Source: Synechococcus sp. (GTDB lineage Bacteria > Cyanobacteriota > Cyanobacteriia > Thermostichales > PCC-7336). From it: 44,029 nt of DNA. This document shows, piece after piece, positions 29,873-39,804 of this stretch (position 1 is its first letter; the number at the start of each line of letters is the position of its first letter). The notes beneath the pieces were generated by a model that saw only the letters and a program-made list of their open reading frames with translations, did no database searches and had not been told where the DNA came from. Location: the NCBI GenBank assembly GCA_051439425.1, contig JBFRWD010000143.1, forward strand, positions 1-44,029, in the 5' to 3' direction. The position numbers were made by a program, and so were the translations under genes.

Positions 29873-29974
29873 TATAACAATCCGCTGTAAGGTCTGGAGT
29901 TCGAGGACAACTCAAATCGATCTAACGAGAAACATGGCTAGAGAATGCTCTATAGCTGATTGCAGGAAGCTATT
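29873..29974 (-). mobile_element. MITE-like repeat, copy 3 (inverted)
   Basis: TATAACAATCCGCTGTAAGGTCTGGAG...TCTATAGCTGATTGC aligns to the reverse complement of copy 2. Confidence 0.65.
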
Positions 29975-30036
29975 AGGTTAAGTCTCAAGTCATGGGAAAC
30001 TCAATTGCATGTCTAGAGTGTCTTGCGAATTGTTGA

Positions 30037-30219
30037 ATGGGACGAACTCGCGAAAAGCACTGCGATCGCTGCCAATCACTATCTTCAAAACTGTATCGTG
30101 TTCAACATGATGCATCTGGCCGCTGGGTGTTTGTCTGCGATTGCTGCTGGCCCGAGGTTCGCGATCGCAATCCTCACTACACCTACGGTGGTACCTGGAA
30201 AGCAAAAAAACGTCACTAA
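30037..30219 (+). CDS. Small conserved Cys-rich (zinc-binding) protein
   Basis: 60 aa; CDRC...CDCC and YxYGGTWKA resemble a conserved small cyanobacterial protein. Confidence 0.7.
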   Translation: MGRTREKHCDRCQSLSSKLYRVQHDASGRWVFVCDCCWPEVRDRNPHYTYGGTWKAKKRH

Positions 30220-30299
30220 CAGTCGCTCAATCCCGATAGAAATTACCAACCTTGGTACGCACTGAACTGTAAACGCGTTCAGTAGAATCTACGACCTAT

Positions 30300-31514
30300 C
30301 TAAAGCAGCTCGCTTTCTAACCCCATTTGGGTAATCCAGGGAGCCAAGAGCATACGCTGCAGAGCGCGTCGACCACTATATTCGCAACAACCTACGTGAT
30401 AGGTTCCTGCTGGAGTAGGGCCGGGTAATGGCTGCGAGCCTGCTTGCTGGAAGCAGCGATCGTTAATCAGGCAACTGACTTTGATGTATCGCCAAACGCG
30501 ATCGCGCAGAAACCACTGGTCGATATTGGGAGTCTCTACATCTTTGGAGATATAACTGGCCAGCATCTGCTCCAAGTTGGGCAAGACTCCTGCCACTCCA
30601 CCCCACAACCCTGCCAATACCAGATCGGTGTGGCTCCACCAATCGCGAATGATATGAAACCAGCGATCGGATGCTAGCCATTGTTGGACGGCGTTGTATT
30701 CCCTGACGTTAATCACAGAATCGATATCTCGCACCATGAAATAGCCGACAGTTTTGGCATCAGCTACCTTAAATCGCCAACATAACTTTTGGCGTAAACT
30801 CTGCCCATCGGGTTGTAGCAAAATCTTGCCACCTAGGTCCGCGAGAAGATTGCGAAATGCTGCCGGTACGCTGCTATCAACGTAAAACCATAGCTGCCAG
30901 TCGGGATAAATATCGGGCGCTAACAACATATTTCTGAGAGCACCGTAGAGATAACGACGGTGGTTGCCCCACAAGGAAAACGCGATCGCCTTCACTTTTC
31001 CCTGTGCGTAAGCTTGCGGAGGGCCTTCAGGTAGCGTCCACTTGGGGTCGATGGTGCCAAACTGCTTATCTTTCAGTTCTAGTGATTGCGTCCCGGCTTT
31101 TGCTGCCTCTTGATATTGCTCGACCTTGTAATAGGCTTTAGCCAAGCAGTCCAGTACTAGATAGTTCTCTGGATTGAGTTCTAGGGTTTTACGAGCATAT
31201 TGAATGGTTTTGGGATGGTCGTTAAGTCGTCCCCAAGCCACTGCGAGATTCTGCAGAATTTCAATATCGTCCGGATAGCTATCTAGATTGTTTTCTAAGA
31301 TTGCAGCCAGTGCCCGACAGTCTCCAATACTAAAGAAGTAGTAGCCCAATTGCAGAATAAGTGCTTTGGGTTTGGGACGGCTGTGCTGATTGAGGTCGGT
31401 AATGGTTGTTTGGATGGCTTCGTGCTGTTTACCGGTGCACCACAGTTCGTGAGCGGTCTGATTCCAGCTCTTGGGGATCCTCGACTGCTTGCGGGTCGTT
31501 GATGTGCGGCTCAA
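30300..31514 (-). CDS. TPR protein with C-terminal glycosyltransferase-like domain
   Basis: TPR helices, then AFSLWG..RY..GA..N, WRF, VRDIDS (DxD), FHIIRD, LAGLWG; TTG 31514 has an AGGAG RBS, whereas the track start 31571 lies inside a repeat. Confidence 0.7.
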   Translation of the reverse strand: MSRTSTTRKQSRIPKSWNQTAHELWCTGKQHEAIQTTITDLNQHSRPKPKALILQLGYYFFSIGDCRALAAILENNLDSYPDDIEILQNLAVAWGRLNDHPKTIQYARKTLELNPENYLVLDCLAKAYYKVEQYQEAAKAGTQSLELKDKQFGTIDPKWTLPEGPPQAYAQGKVKAIAFSLWGNHRRYLYGALRNMLLAPDIYPDWQLWFYVDSSVPAAFRNLLADLGGKILLQPDGQSLRQKLCWRFKVADAKTVGYFMVRDIDSVINVREYNAVQQWLASDRWFHIIRDWWSHTDLVLAGLWGGVAGVLPNLEQMLASYISKDVETPNIDQWFLRDRVWRYIKVSCLINDRCFQQAGSQPLPGPTPAGTYHVGCCEYSGRRALQRMLLAPWITQMGLESELL

Positions 31515-31556
31515 TCGTCGGGCTCCTATGGTTTTAGCTGGATAATTATGCTGTTT

Positions 31557-31661
31557 TACAGCGATCGGCAATCCGCTATGGAGAATTCCCTAACTATTTT
31601 TCCTTGAAAATCAAGTATTTTCGCGGGCTCAACCCTCCAGACCTTACAGCGGATTGCCATA
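31557..31661 (+). mobile_element. MITE-like repeat, copy 2
   Basis: TACAGC...GCCATA ends; perfect 11-bp inverted repeat GGCAATCCGCT (31567-31577) / AGCGGATTGCC (31648-31658). Confidence 0.7.
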
Positions 31662-31844
31662 CATCATTTGTTGGCGGATACAGTGACTTGTGGCGATTGC
31701 CTCATGTTCTACCTATCCTGCCCGTACATATTGCAATGGCTATATCACTGCGCATATTTCAGCTACGTTCAACCCTGACGCGCTTGGAACTCTTTGTCCT
31801 AACTGAACTGGCAAATGCCATATGCCAGACAATTGTGATTGCCA

Positions 31845-32252
31845 TTAGCTTGTCGATGTTGTGTGCTGGACTAAAGCAACGTCGATCGCTGCCCCGATGG
31901 CAATTCCCACGGTGTAGCAGGCTAAGTCGCTGACCTTAAATCCAAATCCAAGAATGAGTCCGCCAAGGGTTGTATTGCGAATTGCTTCAATCCAAGGACT
32001 GCGATAAAACTGCAGAAATTCGATCCCAAACGAAAAGAGTAGTGCTGCGATCGCTAGCATTAAGGGTGTCCGACGGGGTGCGAGCGCGCAGAACAGGAAA
32101 AGTACCATCATCGCCCAAATAGTATCTCCCGCATAAGTTGCCAGAAAGCTGGGTAGTGGCATCCAGTCAGAACGTGACAGCAGCCCTAACATAATGGCGA
32201 TTGCCATCAACACAAGGTACGTGACCCGCTGACGGCGAATTCTTGTCCTCAT
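31845..32252 (-). CDS. DUF2809 membrane protein
   Basis: YAGDTIWA, IEFLQ.Y, IRNTTLGGLILG.GF...DL.CY..G. Confidence 0.85.
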   Translation of the reverse strand: MRTRIRRQRVTYLVLMAIAIMLGLLSRSDWMPLPSFLATYAGDTIWAMMVLFLFCALAPRRTPLMLAIAALLFSFGIEFLQFYRSPWIEAIRNTTLGGLILGFGFKVSDLACYTVGIAIGAAIDVALVQHTTSTS

Positions 32253-32359
32253 GTGTACCGTATGGAATCGGGCATCAGCGGAATAGTAACCTCTCCGCTG
32301 TTGTGAAAGAGGCGGAGCAATCTCATATAGACAGTGCTAGACGGTGTTTGGCTCGATGG

Positions 32360-32381
32360 TTGTACCGAACGTTCGGTACAA
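32360..32381. promoter_or_regulatory. Perfect 22-bp palindrome, operator-like
   Basis: TTGTACCGAACGTTCGGTACAA equals its own reverse complement; ~108 bp upstream of the DUF2809 gene. Confidence 0.55.
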
Positions 32382-32387
32382 GGTTAA

Positions 32388-32618
32388 TTATTGCTCACTT
32401 CTCCTACAATGCATAGCCAGGTCTTTCCAAACCATTACAGCTGTATCTCCACTTGCGAAGTTGTAATACAGGCGGATGCGCAACACGTAGGTTTTGTCTT
32501 TTATCAGCCGCACTTGAATAATTGCATTTGTATCCGTTCCGCTATCGTCATCTCCATCTACGAACCTCAACTCACCATCAATGTCTTCGAAGAGATCCAT
32601 CACCGTTTGGTTTTGCAT
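32388..32618 (-). pseudogene. C-terminal pre-peptidase (PPC-like) domain remnant of a metallopeptidase
   Basis: TVM.LFE..DG..R...GDDDSG.D.NA.I...L.....Y.LRIRLYY....G.TAVM.W with no upstream catalytic domain. Confidence 0.55.
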
Positions 32619-32682
32619 TCACGATGTTGGTGCTCTGAAAGCATCGCTATCGTGTTAGCTTTGTAAAGCTGACAAATTAAAT

Positions 32683-32750
32683 CCGCACGCTCGACACCTC
32701 GGGTGTCTCGACAACGAGATTCAGTTGAGCGGAGGTTTAACCCGTAGGAG
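32683..32750 (+). promoter_or_regulatory. rpsB 5' leader (S2 autoregulatory RNA-like)
   Basis: GACAC..CGGGTGT...GGAGG...AACCC elements match the conserved rpsB leader layout. Confidence 0.65.
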
Positions 32751-32758
32751 ACAATTCA

Positions 32759-33643
32759 ATGCCCGTAGTTTCTCTCGCCGAGCTGCTGGAAGCCGGCGTC
32801 CACTTTGGCCACCAAACTCGCCGTTGGAATCCCAAAATGCGTCCGTACATCTTTACGGATCGCAACGGTATTCACATTATTGACCTCGTTCAAACCGCAG
32901 CCTATATGGAAGAGGCGTACGGTTACGTACGCAAAGCTTCCGAAGATGGAAAGCGCTTTTTATTCGTAGGTACCAAGCGTCAAGCGGCTGGTATCGTTGC
33001 CCAAGAAGCTCTGCGTTGCGGTAGTTACTACATCAACCAGCGTTGGTTGGGGGGCATCCTCACCAACTGGAACACCATCAAGACTCGAACCGATCGCCTC
33101 AAAGAACTAGAGGATATGCAAGCCTCTGGTCTAATGGATCGCCTCCCTAAGAAAGAAGGCTCTATGCGTCGCCGCGAGATGGAAAAGCTGCAAAAGTATC
33201 TGGGTGGAATCAAGACCATGCGCCGCATCCCCGATGTGGTCATCATGGTTGACCAGCGTCGCGAAATGAACGCTGTTCAGGAATGCCGCAAGCTGAACAT
33301 CCCGATCGTTTCTTTGTTGGACTCCAACTGCGATCCCGACCATGCGGATATCTTCGTGCCTGCAAACGACGACGCGATCCGCTCTATTAAGCTGATTGTT
33401 GGTAAGTTGGCAGACGCTATTTACGAAGGCCGCCACGGCCAGCTCGAAACCATGGAGCAATTCGATTACGAAGGTGCTATGGATATTGAAAACTACGAAG
33501 ACGAGGAATACGTTGAAGCTGCAGATGCAGTTCCCGCTGTAGATGCTGCTGAGGTGGCGGCTGAAGTGACGGCTGCTGCTGAAGAGGCAGGTGTCGAAGT
33601 CGCAGCGACTGAAACTGAGTCAGAAGCAGAAGTAACGGCATAA
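32759..33643 (+). CDS. rpsB: 30S ribosomal protein S2
   Basis: [46 protein letters not shown]; acidic C-terminal tail. Confidence 0.99.
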   Translation: MPVVSLAELLEAGVHFGHQTRRWNPKMRPYIFTDRNGIHIIDLVQTAAYMEEAYGYVRKASEDGKRFLFVGTKRQAAGIVAQEALRCGSYYINQRWLGGILTNWNTIKTRTDRLKELEDMQASGLMDRLPKKEGSMRRREMEKLQKYLGGIKTMRRIPDVVIMVDQRREMNAVQECRKLNIPIVSLLDSNCDPDHADIFVPANDDAIRSIKLIVGKLADAIYEGRHGQLETMEQFDYEGAMDIENYEDEEYVEAADAVPAVDAAEVAAEVTAAAEEAGVEVAATETESEAEVTA

Positions 33644-33803
33644 CTTCAAATTGGCCTGCGGGCCAATTTGCTCCCGATCTGGTTCTGGATTACCCGATAA
33701 TCGGGATGGTTTGTATTGCGCAACTACTCTTCGAGCAGCAAATACTGTTCGAGAAACTAAACATTCGTGTAACTGGATAACGGAAACAAAGGAACACAGA
33801 GTC

Positions 33804-34469
33804 ATGGCAAAGGTAGACGCTAAGACAGTAAAGGAACTGCGCGACAAAACCGGCGCAGGCATGATGGATTGCAAGAAGGCTCTGGTAGAGTCTGATGGCA
33901 ATGTTGAAGAGGCGATCGCTTGGCTGCGTCAAAAAGGTTTGGCGAGTGCGGGCAAGAAAGCGGGTCGAGTTGCTAGCGAAGGTTTGGTTGAAAGCTACAT
34001 CCACACCGGTGGCCGCATCGGTATTTTGGTTGAGGTGAACTGCGAAACTGACTTTGTTGCTCGTCGCGATGAGTTCAAAGACCTGGCTCGCAACATTGCC
34101 ATGCAGGTGGCTGCTTGCCCCAACGTGGAGTACGTCAGCACTGCTGAAATCGATCCCGACGTCCTGGCCAAGGAAAAAGAGATCGAGATGGGTCGCGAAG
34201 ACCTGGCCAACAAGCCCGACAACATTAAAGAAAAGATCGTCCAGGGCCGTATTGACAAGCGTTCTAAAGAGCTGTCTCTTGTGGATCAGCCTTACATTAA
34301 GGACCAATCCATCACTGTCGAAGAGTTGGTCAAACAGTCCGTTGCACTGCTAGGCGAAAATATTCAGATTCGTCGTTTCACTCGATTTGTTTTGGGTGAA
34401 GGCATCGAAAAGAAAGAGGCTAACTTTGCTGAGGAAGTTGCGGAAGCAACTGGCCAAGCCAAGAAGTAA
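33804..34469 (+). CDS. tsf: Elongation factor Ts
   Basis: [32 protein letters not shown] at 33804. Confidence 0.98.
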   Translation: MAKVDAKTVKELRDKTGAGMMDCKKALVESDGNVEEAIAWLRQKGLASAGKKAGRVASEGLVESYIHTGGRIGILVEVNCETDFVARRDEFKDLARNIAMQVAACPNVEYVSTAEIDPDVLAKEKEIEMGREDLANKPDNIKEKIVQGRIDKRSKELSLVDQPYIKDQSITVEELVKQSVALLGENIQIRRFTRFVLGEGIEKKEANFAEEVAEATGQAKK

Positions 34470-34531
34470 TAGGACGCTGCTCCCAAGGCAGAGACCTCCA
34501 ATAAAAAGAAAGGCAAGAAGAACATAGTAGG

Positions 34532-34574
34532 GATGAAATGTCAGCAGTGGTATGGCCACTGCTGACATTTCATC
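34532..34574. repeat. Perfect 19-bp stem hairpin after tsf
   Basis: GATGAAATGTCAGCAGTGG-TATGG-CCACTGCTGACATTTCATC. Confidence 0.85.
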
Positions 34575-34652
34575 TAAGTCTAGACTTGACCGTGATTGGA
34601 AACCTCTGTCCTAACTGAAATGGCAAATACTATATTGCTCGGTAGCCCGAAT

Positions 34653-34688
34653 TAAAAAGCCCCCTCCAAAAGACAGAGGGGGCTTTTA
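34653..34688. terminator. Bidirectional Rho-independent terminator between tsf and clpC
   Basis: AAAAGCCCCCTC-loop-GAGGGGGCTTTT flanked by A and T tracts. Confidence 0.85.
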
Positions 34689-34759
34689 TGTGTGTGCGAA
34701 GGATTCGACACTAACGATCTGGGCTGGAGCATTAGTGTTGATGACCACCCGAAAGCAAT

Positions 34760-37219
34760 CTATCCTACCGTCGCAAGTATGCGCTCTTGCTTTGCACGAA
34801 CAACGACGCGACCGGATGATTCTTCCACATCTAAAACAGCAGTAGATTCATCTGCGATCGTGCCCGATAGAATTGCCTCTGCTAGCTCGTCTTCAACCAA
34901 GCGGGAGAGCGCTCGACGCAGGGGACGAGCACCGTAGGTCGGGTCGAACCCTTCGTCAACCAGCTTGTCTTCGAATGCCGCAGTGAATTCCAACTGGATG
35001 TTCCGATCATCCAACCGTGCCTGCACTTGCTTCAGCATGATGTTCGAAATCTGCTTCACTTCAGACTTCTGGAGCTGTCGGAAAACAACAATCTCATCCA
35101 AGCGATTGAGGAATTCGGGACGGAAGAACTGCTTCATCTCTTCCGTGACGCGATTGCGGATGTTTTGATAAGCGCTAGCATCGAGGTCGTTCGAGAATTC
35201 AAAGCCGAATCCTCCGCCACCGGTTTCAATCGCTCGCGCCCCCAAGTTGGAGGTCATGATAATCAGGGTGTTCTTAAAGCTGATGGTGCGACCCTTTGCA
35301 TCGGTCAGTCGCCCGTCATCCAACACCTGCAACATGATGTTGAATGCATCGGGATGGGCTTTCTCAACTTCGTCGAACAGAATCACGGTGTAAGGACGAC
35401 GGCGAACGGCTTCTGTCAGTTGACCGCCTTCTTCGTAGCCCACCAAGCCAGGAGCCGAACCGATCAGTTTAGAGACAGAGTAACGCTCCATGTACTCCGA
35501 CATATCCAGTCGAATCATGGCGTTTTCATCACCAAAGACCGTAGCGGCTAAGGCTTTGGACAGCTCGGTTTTACCGACACCCGTTGGGCCAGCAAACATG
35601 AAGCTTGCGATCGGGCGATCGGGGCTGCTGAGACCGGCACGAGCGCGTCGAACTGCCTGGGCCACAGCATTGACGGCTTCATTTTGGCCAATCACTCTTT
35701 CGTGTAGGATGCCTTCGAGATTGAGTAGGCGTAGCGTCTCGGTTTCCGTCAATTGATTGACCGGAATACCAGTCCAGGCTGCGACAACGTCGGCGATATC
35801 CTCGTCGCTGACAACGAGTGGGCTGGAGCCAGCACCATTGAGCTGCGCTTCAAGAGCTAGCTCGCGATCTCGTAACTCTTTGGCTGTTGCATATTCTTGC
35901 AGCGAAATAGCTGCTTCCTTATCCTTGTGAACTTGACGCAATTCATCCCGCAGTTCTTTGTCAGTGATAGCGCTTGAATGACGCACTCGAACTCGCGACC
36001 CCGCTTCGTCAATCAGATCGATCGCCTTATCCGGCAATTGGCGGTCTTGAATGTAGCGAGCGGACAGACGAACGGCAGCAGCCAGTGCCTCGTCAGAGAT
36101 AGATAGACGGTGGTGGCGTTCGTAGCGATCGCGAACTCCCCGCAAGATTTCCAGGGCTTCTACTGGAGTCGGCTGCTCCACTCGCACCATTTGGAAGCGA
36201 CGTTCCAGCGCAGCATCGGTCTCGATAGACTGTCGAAACTCATCTAAGGTCGTTGCGCCAATGCACTGCAATTCGCCACGCGCTAGCGCAGGCTTAAGCA
36301 TGTTGGAGGCATCCAAGCCGCCATCAAGTGCACCAGCACCAACCAAGGTGTGAATCTCGTCAATGACCAGAATGATGTTGCCGTCAGTGCGCACTTCTTC
36401 GACGACTTGTGACAAGCGTTCTTCAAAGTCTCCTCTAAATCGAGTGCCTGCTAGTAACGACCCCAGATCTAGCGAAACAACCCGTTTCTCTAGCAGCGCG
36501 GTTGGAACGTCTAGGTTGACGATACGTTGAGCTAAGCCTTCGGCAATCGCCGTCTTACCTACTCCCGGTTCGCCCACCAATACAGGGTTATTCTTGGTGC
36601 GACGGCTGAGAATCTGCATTACGCGCGCGATCTCGGTATCGCGACCGACGATCGGGTCGAGTTTGCCATCCTTTGCTAATTGGGTGAGGTCGGTGCTGAA
36701 CTCGGCCAGCATGGATTGGTCGTTTTGAGACCGATTTCGACGCTCTTCCGGATTACTGTCTCCGCCACCGGCGGGTACGGGACGAGTTTCTGCCAGTTCG
36801 CGCAGCATCTTGGCTCGTAATTCATCGGGGTTCGCCCCCAAGTTCACGATAGTTTGGGCAGCAATACTTTTCTCGGATGCCAGCAAACCGAGCAATACGT
36901 GCTCGACGCTCACGTGGGGCTGACCCATTTGTCGCGCTTGATGGAGCGCTTCTTCTAATGCTTCTTTGGCTTTCGGAGTAATGGGAATCTCGGCGGGCGA
37001 AAATGCATCGCCGCGCCCTAAAGTCTCTTCGATTTTCTGGCGGGCGATCGCCAACGTGATCCCGGCCTCTTCCAATGCTTTGGAGGCTTTGCTGTCGTCT
37101 GATGAGAGAACACCTAAGAGTAGTTGCTCGGTACCGACGAAGCCTTGCCCCTGGCGACGAGCTTCTTCCTGAGCTGCCACAATGGCGGCGATCGCACTTT
37201 TGGTGAACCGTTCAAACAT
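34760..37219 (-). CDS. clpC: ATP-dependent Clp protease ATP-binding subunit (ClpC-like)
   Basis: MFERFT N-domain, GEPGVGKT and GPTGVGKT Walker A motifs, UVR-like middle domain, GFGF ClpP-docking loop; ATG at 37219. Confidence 0.9.
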   Translation of the reverse strand: MFERFTKSAIAAIVAAQEEARRQGQGFVGTEQLLLGVLSSDDSKASKALEEAGITLAIARQKIEETLGRGDAFSPAEIPITPKAKEALEEALHQARQMGQPHVSVEHVLLGLLASEKSIAAQTIVNLGANPDELRAKMLRELAETRPVPAGGGDSNPEERRNRSQNDQSMLAEFSTDLTQLAKDGKLDPIVGRDTEIARVMQILSRRTKNNPVLVGEPGVGKTAIAEGLAQRIVNLDVPTALLEKRVVSLDLGSLLAGTRFRGDFEERLSQVVEEVRTDGNIILVIDEIHTLVGAGALDGGLDASNMLKPALARGELQCIGATTLDEFRQSIETDAALERRFQMVRVEQPTPVEALEILRGVRDRYERHHRLSISDEALAAAVRLSARYIQDRQLPDKAIDLIDEAGSRVRVRHSSAITDKELRDELRQVHKDKEAAISLQEYATAKELRDRELALEAQLNGAGSSPLVVSDEDIADVVAAWTGIPVNQLTETETLRLLNLEGILHERVIGQNEAVNAVAQAVRRARAGLSSPDRPIASFMFAGPTGVGKTELSKALAATVFGDENAMIRLDMSEYMERYSVSKLIGSAPGLVGYEEGGQLTEAVRRRPYTVILFDEVEKAHPDAFNIMLQVLDDGRLTDAKGRTISFKNTLIIMTSNLGARAIETGGGGFGFEFSNDLDASAYQNIRNRVTEEMKQFFRPEFLNRLDEIVVFRQLQKSEVKQISNIMLKQVQARLDDRNIQLEFTAAFEDKLVDEGFDPTYGARPLRRALSRLVEDELAEAILSGTIADESTAVLDVEESSGRVVVRAKQERILATVG

Positions 37220-37661
37220 TGCTTGCGCTCCTTGAACCCACAGCGAACAGTGCACAGGGCTAAATCTAAAATGAGTATACTAACTTACTTTTTGGACTGT
37301 AAACTAATGTGCTCATTTGCGAAGGACACCATGCGCAATATGCTACTTTTCGCGCTAGAACTCAGCAAGAACTGCAGAATTTAAGCCTTCAGGCTTGTAG
37401 GCAACCTTCGCTTAGATTTACATCTGTACACATAAGTGTACGAAGTTTTTGCATTGGCCAACAGTGGGGATAGCCGCCCCTGCTCCAATCCAGTCGTTCA
37501 ATCCAGTTCCTTCGTTAGAATGTTTACAAAACTCAACCAGTAAGATTGCATTATCTCGGTTGCGATTGCTGATGTCAGGCTTGCTCCTCACGCAGGACAG
37601 GATAAGGCTAATTGGATCTCGGATCAAAAGGTAGTAGTGCCATAGCGGGCGAGGAAACATT

Positions 37662-38438
37662 ATGCGGTTCACCTGGTACGGTGCAAACTCTTGGTTAATT
37701 GAAGTGTCGGGCCTGAATATCCTGCTCGATCCCTGGTTGGTGGGGCCGTTAGAGTTTGGTGGCTTGTCTTGGCTGTTTAGGGCATCTCGCAGTCAGTCCC
37801 TACCCATTCCTGGCACTGTAGATTTGATCCTGCTATCACAAGGCCTGGAAGATCACAGTCATCCCGAGACGCTGGAACAATTGGATAAGTCTATTCCCGT
37901 TGTGGGTGCGCCCAAAGCCGCTAGGGTATGTCGCCAGTTGGGATTTGAGCAGGTGACCTCGTTGGATTTTGGGGAGACGTATCGATTATGCGATCGCGTC
38001 GAGATTCTTGCAGTTGAAGGTGCTCTGACCGGGATCAAGCCTGAAAATGGTTATGTGCTAACAAGCTTGAAGACGGGCGGCAAGATTTACTATGAACCTC
38101 ACGGCTTCTATCCTGACGATCTGGCGGAGCAAGCACCTATTGATGTAGTGATTGGCCCAGTTAGCGATATTGCGATTCCGTTGGCAGGGGCAATTGTACG
38201 CGGCAATACTAGTGCTTTAGAACTCGCGCAGATGCTAAAGCCTCGCTATTTCCTGCGCAGTACGGCGGGCGATGATGGCATCGTCTACGATGGCTTGCTC
38301 AGCAATGTACTGCAGGCTAAGGGCAGCGTGGATGAGCTGCAAGCGGCCATTCGCAAACTAGGGCTGGATACGCAAGTTCTCTCTCCTGCAGTGAATGAGC
38401 CGATGGAGCTGAATTTGGCGACATCTACTACTGTTTGA
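37662..38438 (+). CDS. MBL-fold metallo-hydrolase
   Basis: NSWLIE..G..ILLDPWLVG, LLSQGLEDHSHP, ENGY, YYEPHG. Confidence 0.85.
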   Translation: MRFTWYGANSWLIEVSGLNILLDPWLVGPLEFGGLSWLFRASRSQSLPIPGTVDLILLSQGLEDHSHPETLEQLDKSIPVVGAPKAARVCRQLGFEQVTSLDFGETYRLCDRVEILAVEGALTGIKPENGYVLTSLKTGGKIYYEPHGFYPDDLAEQAPIDVVIGPVSDIAIPLAGAIVRGNTSALELAQMLKPRYFLRSTAGDDGIVYDGLLSNVLQAKGSVDELQAAIRKLGLDTQVLSPAVNEPMELNLATSTTV

Positions 38439-38505
38439 CGGACGTGTGACGGGTGTTTTTTCTGCGACTGGGCGCTGGGTGAAATAGACTATTCGCAACT
38501 CCCGA

Positions 38506-38823
38506 ATGCGAGCTGAGATGATGGGTGACGGATCGGACGAACGCAACGCTTCCCCAGAAGCTAAATCTACGGAGAATATTGAGCAACTGAGCGATAGCGT
38601 CTGGGATTACAAACCGTGGTGGTGTCAGCCGTGGTCGATTGTCCTGACTGGAGTAACAGTTGTGGCTGCCAGTTGGTTGCTTCTACATCGTTTCTGGATT
38701 TCTGGGTTAGTGGCTGCACCGGTAGTCATGTGGTGGACGATCTTTTTGATTCTGTATCCGCGTGCGATGGCCCAGTCTGGAGGGTTGGCTGACTTCGATC
38801 GAGCGCTGGGTTCTGAGGATTGA
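38506..38823 (+). CDS. DUF6737-like small membrane protein
   Basis: WDYKPWWCQPWSIVLTG followed by two TM helices; start could be 38518 or 38521. Confidence 0.8.
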   Translation: MRAEMMGDGSDERNASPEAKSTENIEQLSDSVWDYKPWWCQPWSIVLTGVTVVAASWLLLHRFWISGLVAAPVVMWWTIFLILYPRAMAQSGGLADFDRALGSED

Positions 38824-38835
38824 GGGCGAGATATC

Positions 38836-39350
38836 GCGATCGGCAACTTGGACGCTACCACGAATCACCAATAGCGTCGATGGAGCCAGCGATCGAGCCC
38901 ATTGAGCTTGGCTGCGCCAAATTACATATTGGCCGTCTGGATCGGACGCATTGCTGGTTGCCTCGAGTGCATCTAAACCGAACGATACTTGCGATCGCCC
39001 TGCTAGCACCTGGCGACTACCTCGCCCCAGCCCTTCTCGATCGAATCTCAGCACCGATAATCGCGTGCGGCCATCCCCATTGGCCCCGCGCAACGGTACT
39101 GCCGACGACCACGAATCTAGAGACAAATAAGCGTTCTGTGTCTGGAAGGGTTGGCGCAGAGGGGGCAGATGGCGGGGGATCCCAATTGGGTACTGATTCC
39201 AGTGGGGGAGAGGGGCGGGCGGCTCAACGGTGGAAGTATTTGGGCGAGGAGGGATGTCTTGGGTGGAGGGGTGAGGATTGGGTGATGATTGAGCAAAGGC
39301 ACTCATGCAGAAACTGAAAAACAGACTGGCGCTGCCGATACCAATCCAAT
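38836..39350 (-). pseudogene. ShlB/FhaC/HecB (TpsB) outer-membrane protein remnant
   Basis: Signal-like ..SAFA|Q and Pro-rich linker fused to the barrel segment RLSVLRF..RQVLAGRSQVSFGLDAL.AT....PDGQY..WRSQAQWARSLAP..LL..RG.VQ.ADR; POTRA domains and C-terminus absent. Confidence 0.7.
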
Positions 39351-39804
39351 GCCAGGGGTTATTTGTCGAATATGTAATTGATTTAGCTGACAGTTCACAT
39401 GTGTTCGATCGGTGTCTGAGACGGTTGGTGAATGTGGGTCAAAACGGTATAGATGCGGCGGCATAAAGTCGCAGTCAGTGGAGATGTTCCTGCTTTTACA
39501 GAGAGGATTTCAGATATCTCTACCCCGGAGGCACTGTATGGGAATTGCCACTCAACAGGCGATAGCTGAGTAGTCAGTCGTCTCTGTTGATCGTACTAAT
39601 ATCAGACTCAAGCGTCTTTCTCCGCCAGAATATTTTCTTTCCTTACATTTGTTGGTGTGAAGCTAACCAAGGGTGTTTAAAACAATACGTATACTAGGCG
39701 AACGCTAGTCGAGCCAGCGATGGCACAAAAAATGACGACCATAAGACAACAGTCGCCAGTCTTGTTATGTTGCAGCTAGTGTTCTAACAGACTAAAAGTT
39801 CTAG

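Noticed and set aside
29503..31571. Idea that the TPR remnant and the TPR-GT gene were one gene split by inversion
   Set aside because: The apparent joining residues (IAV) lie inside the repeat, and the TPR-GT gene has its own RBS and TTG start at 31514
33690..34307. 205-aa minus-strand ORF
   Set aside because: Antisense to highly expressed tsf; codon-bias shadow
39145..39285. G-run tract (G-quadruplex candidate)
   Set aside because: Explained by the Pro-rich linker codons of the minus-strand ShlB remnant
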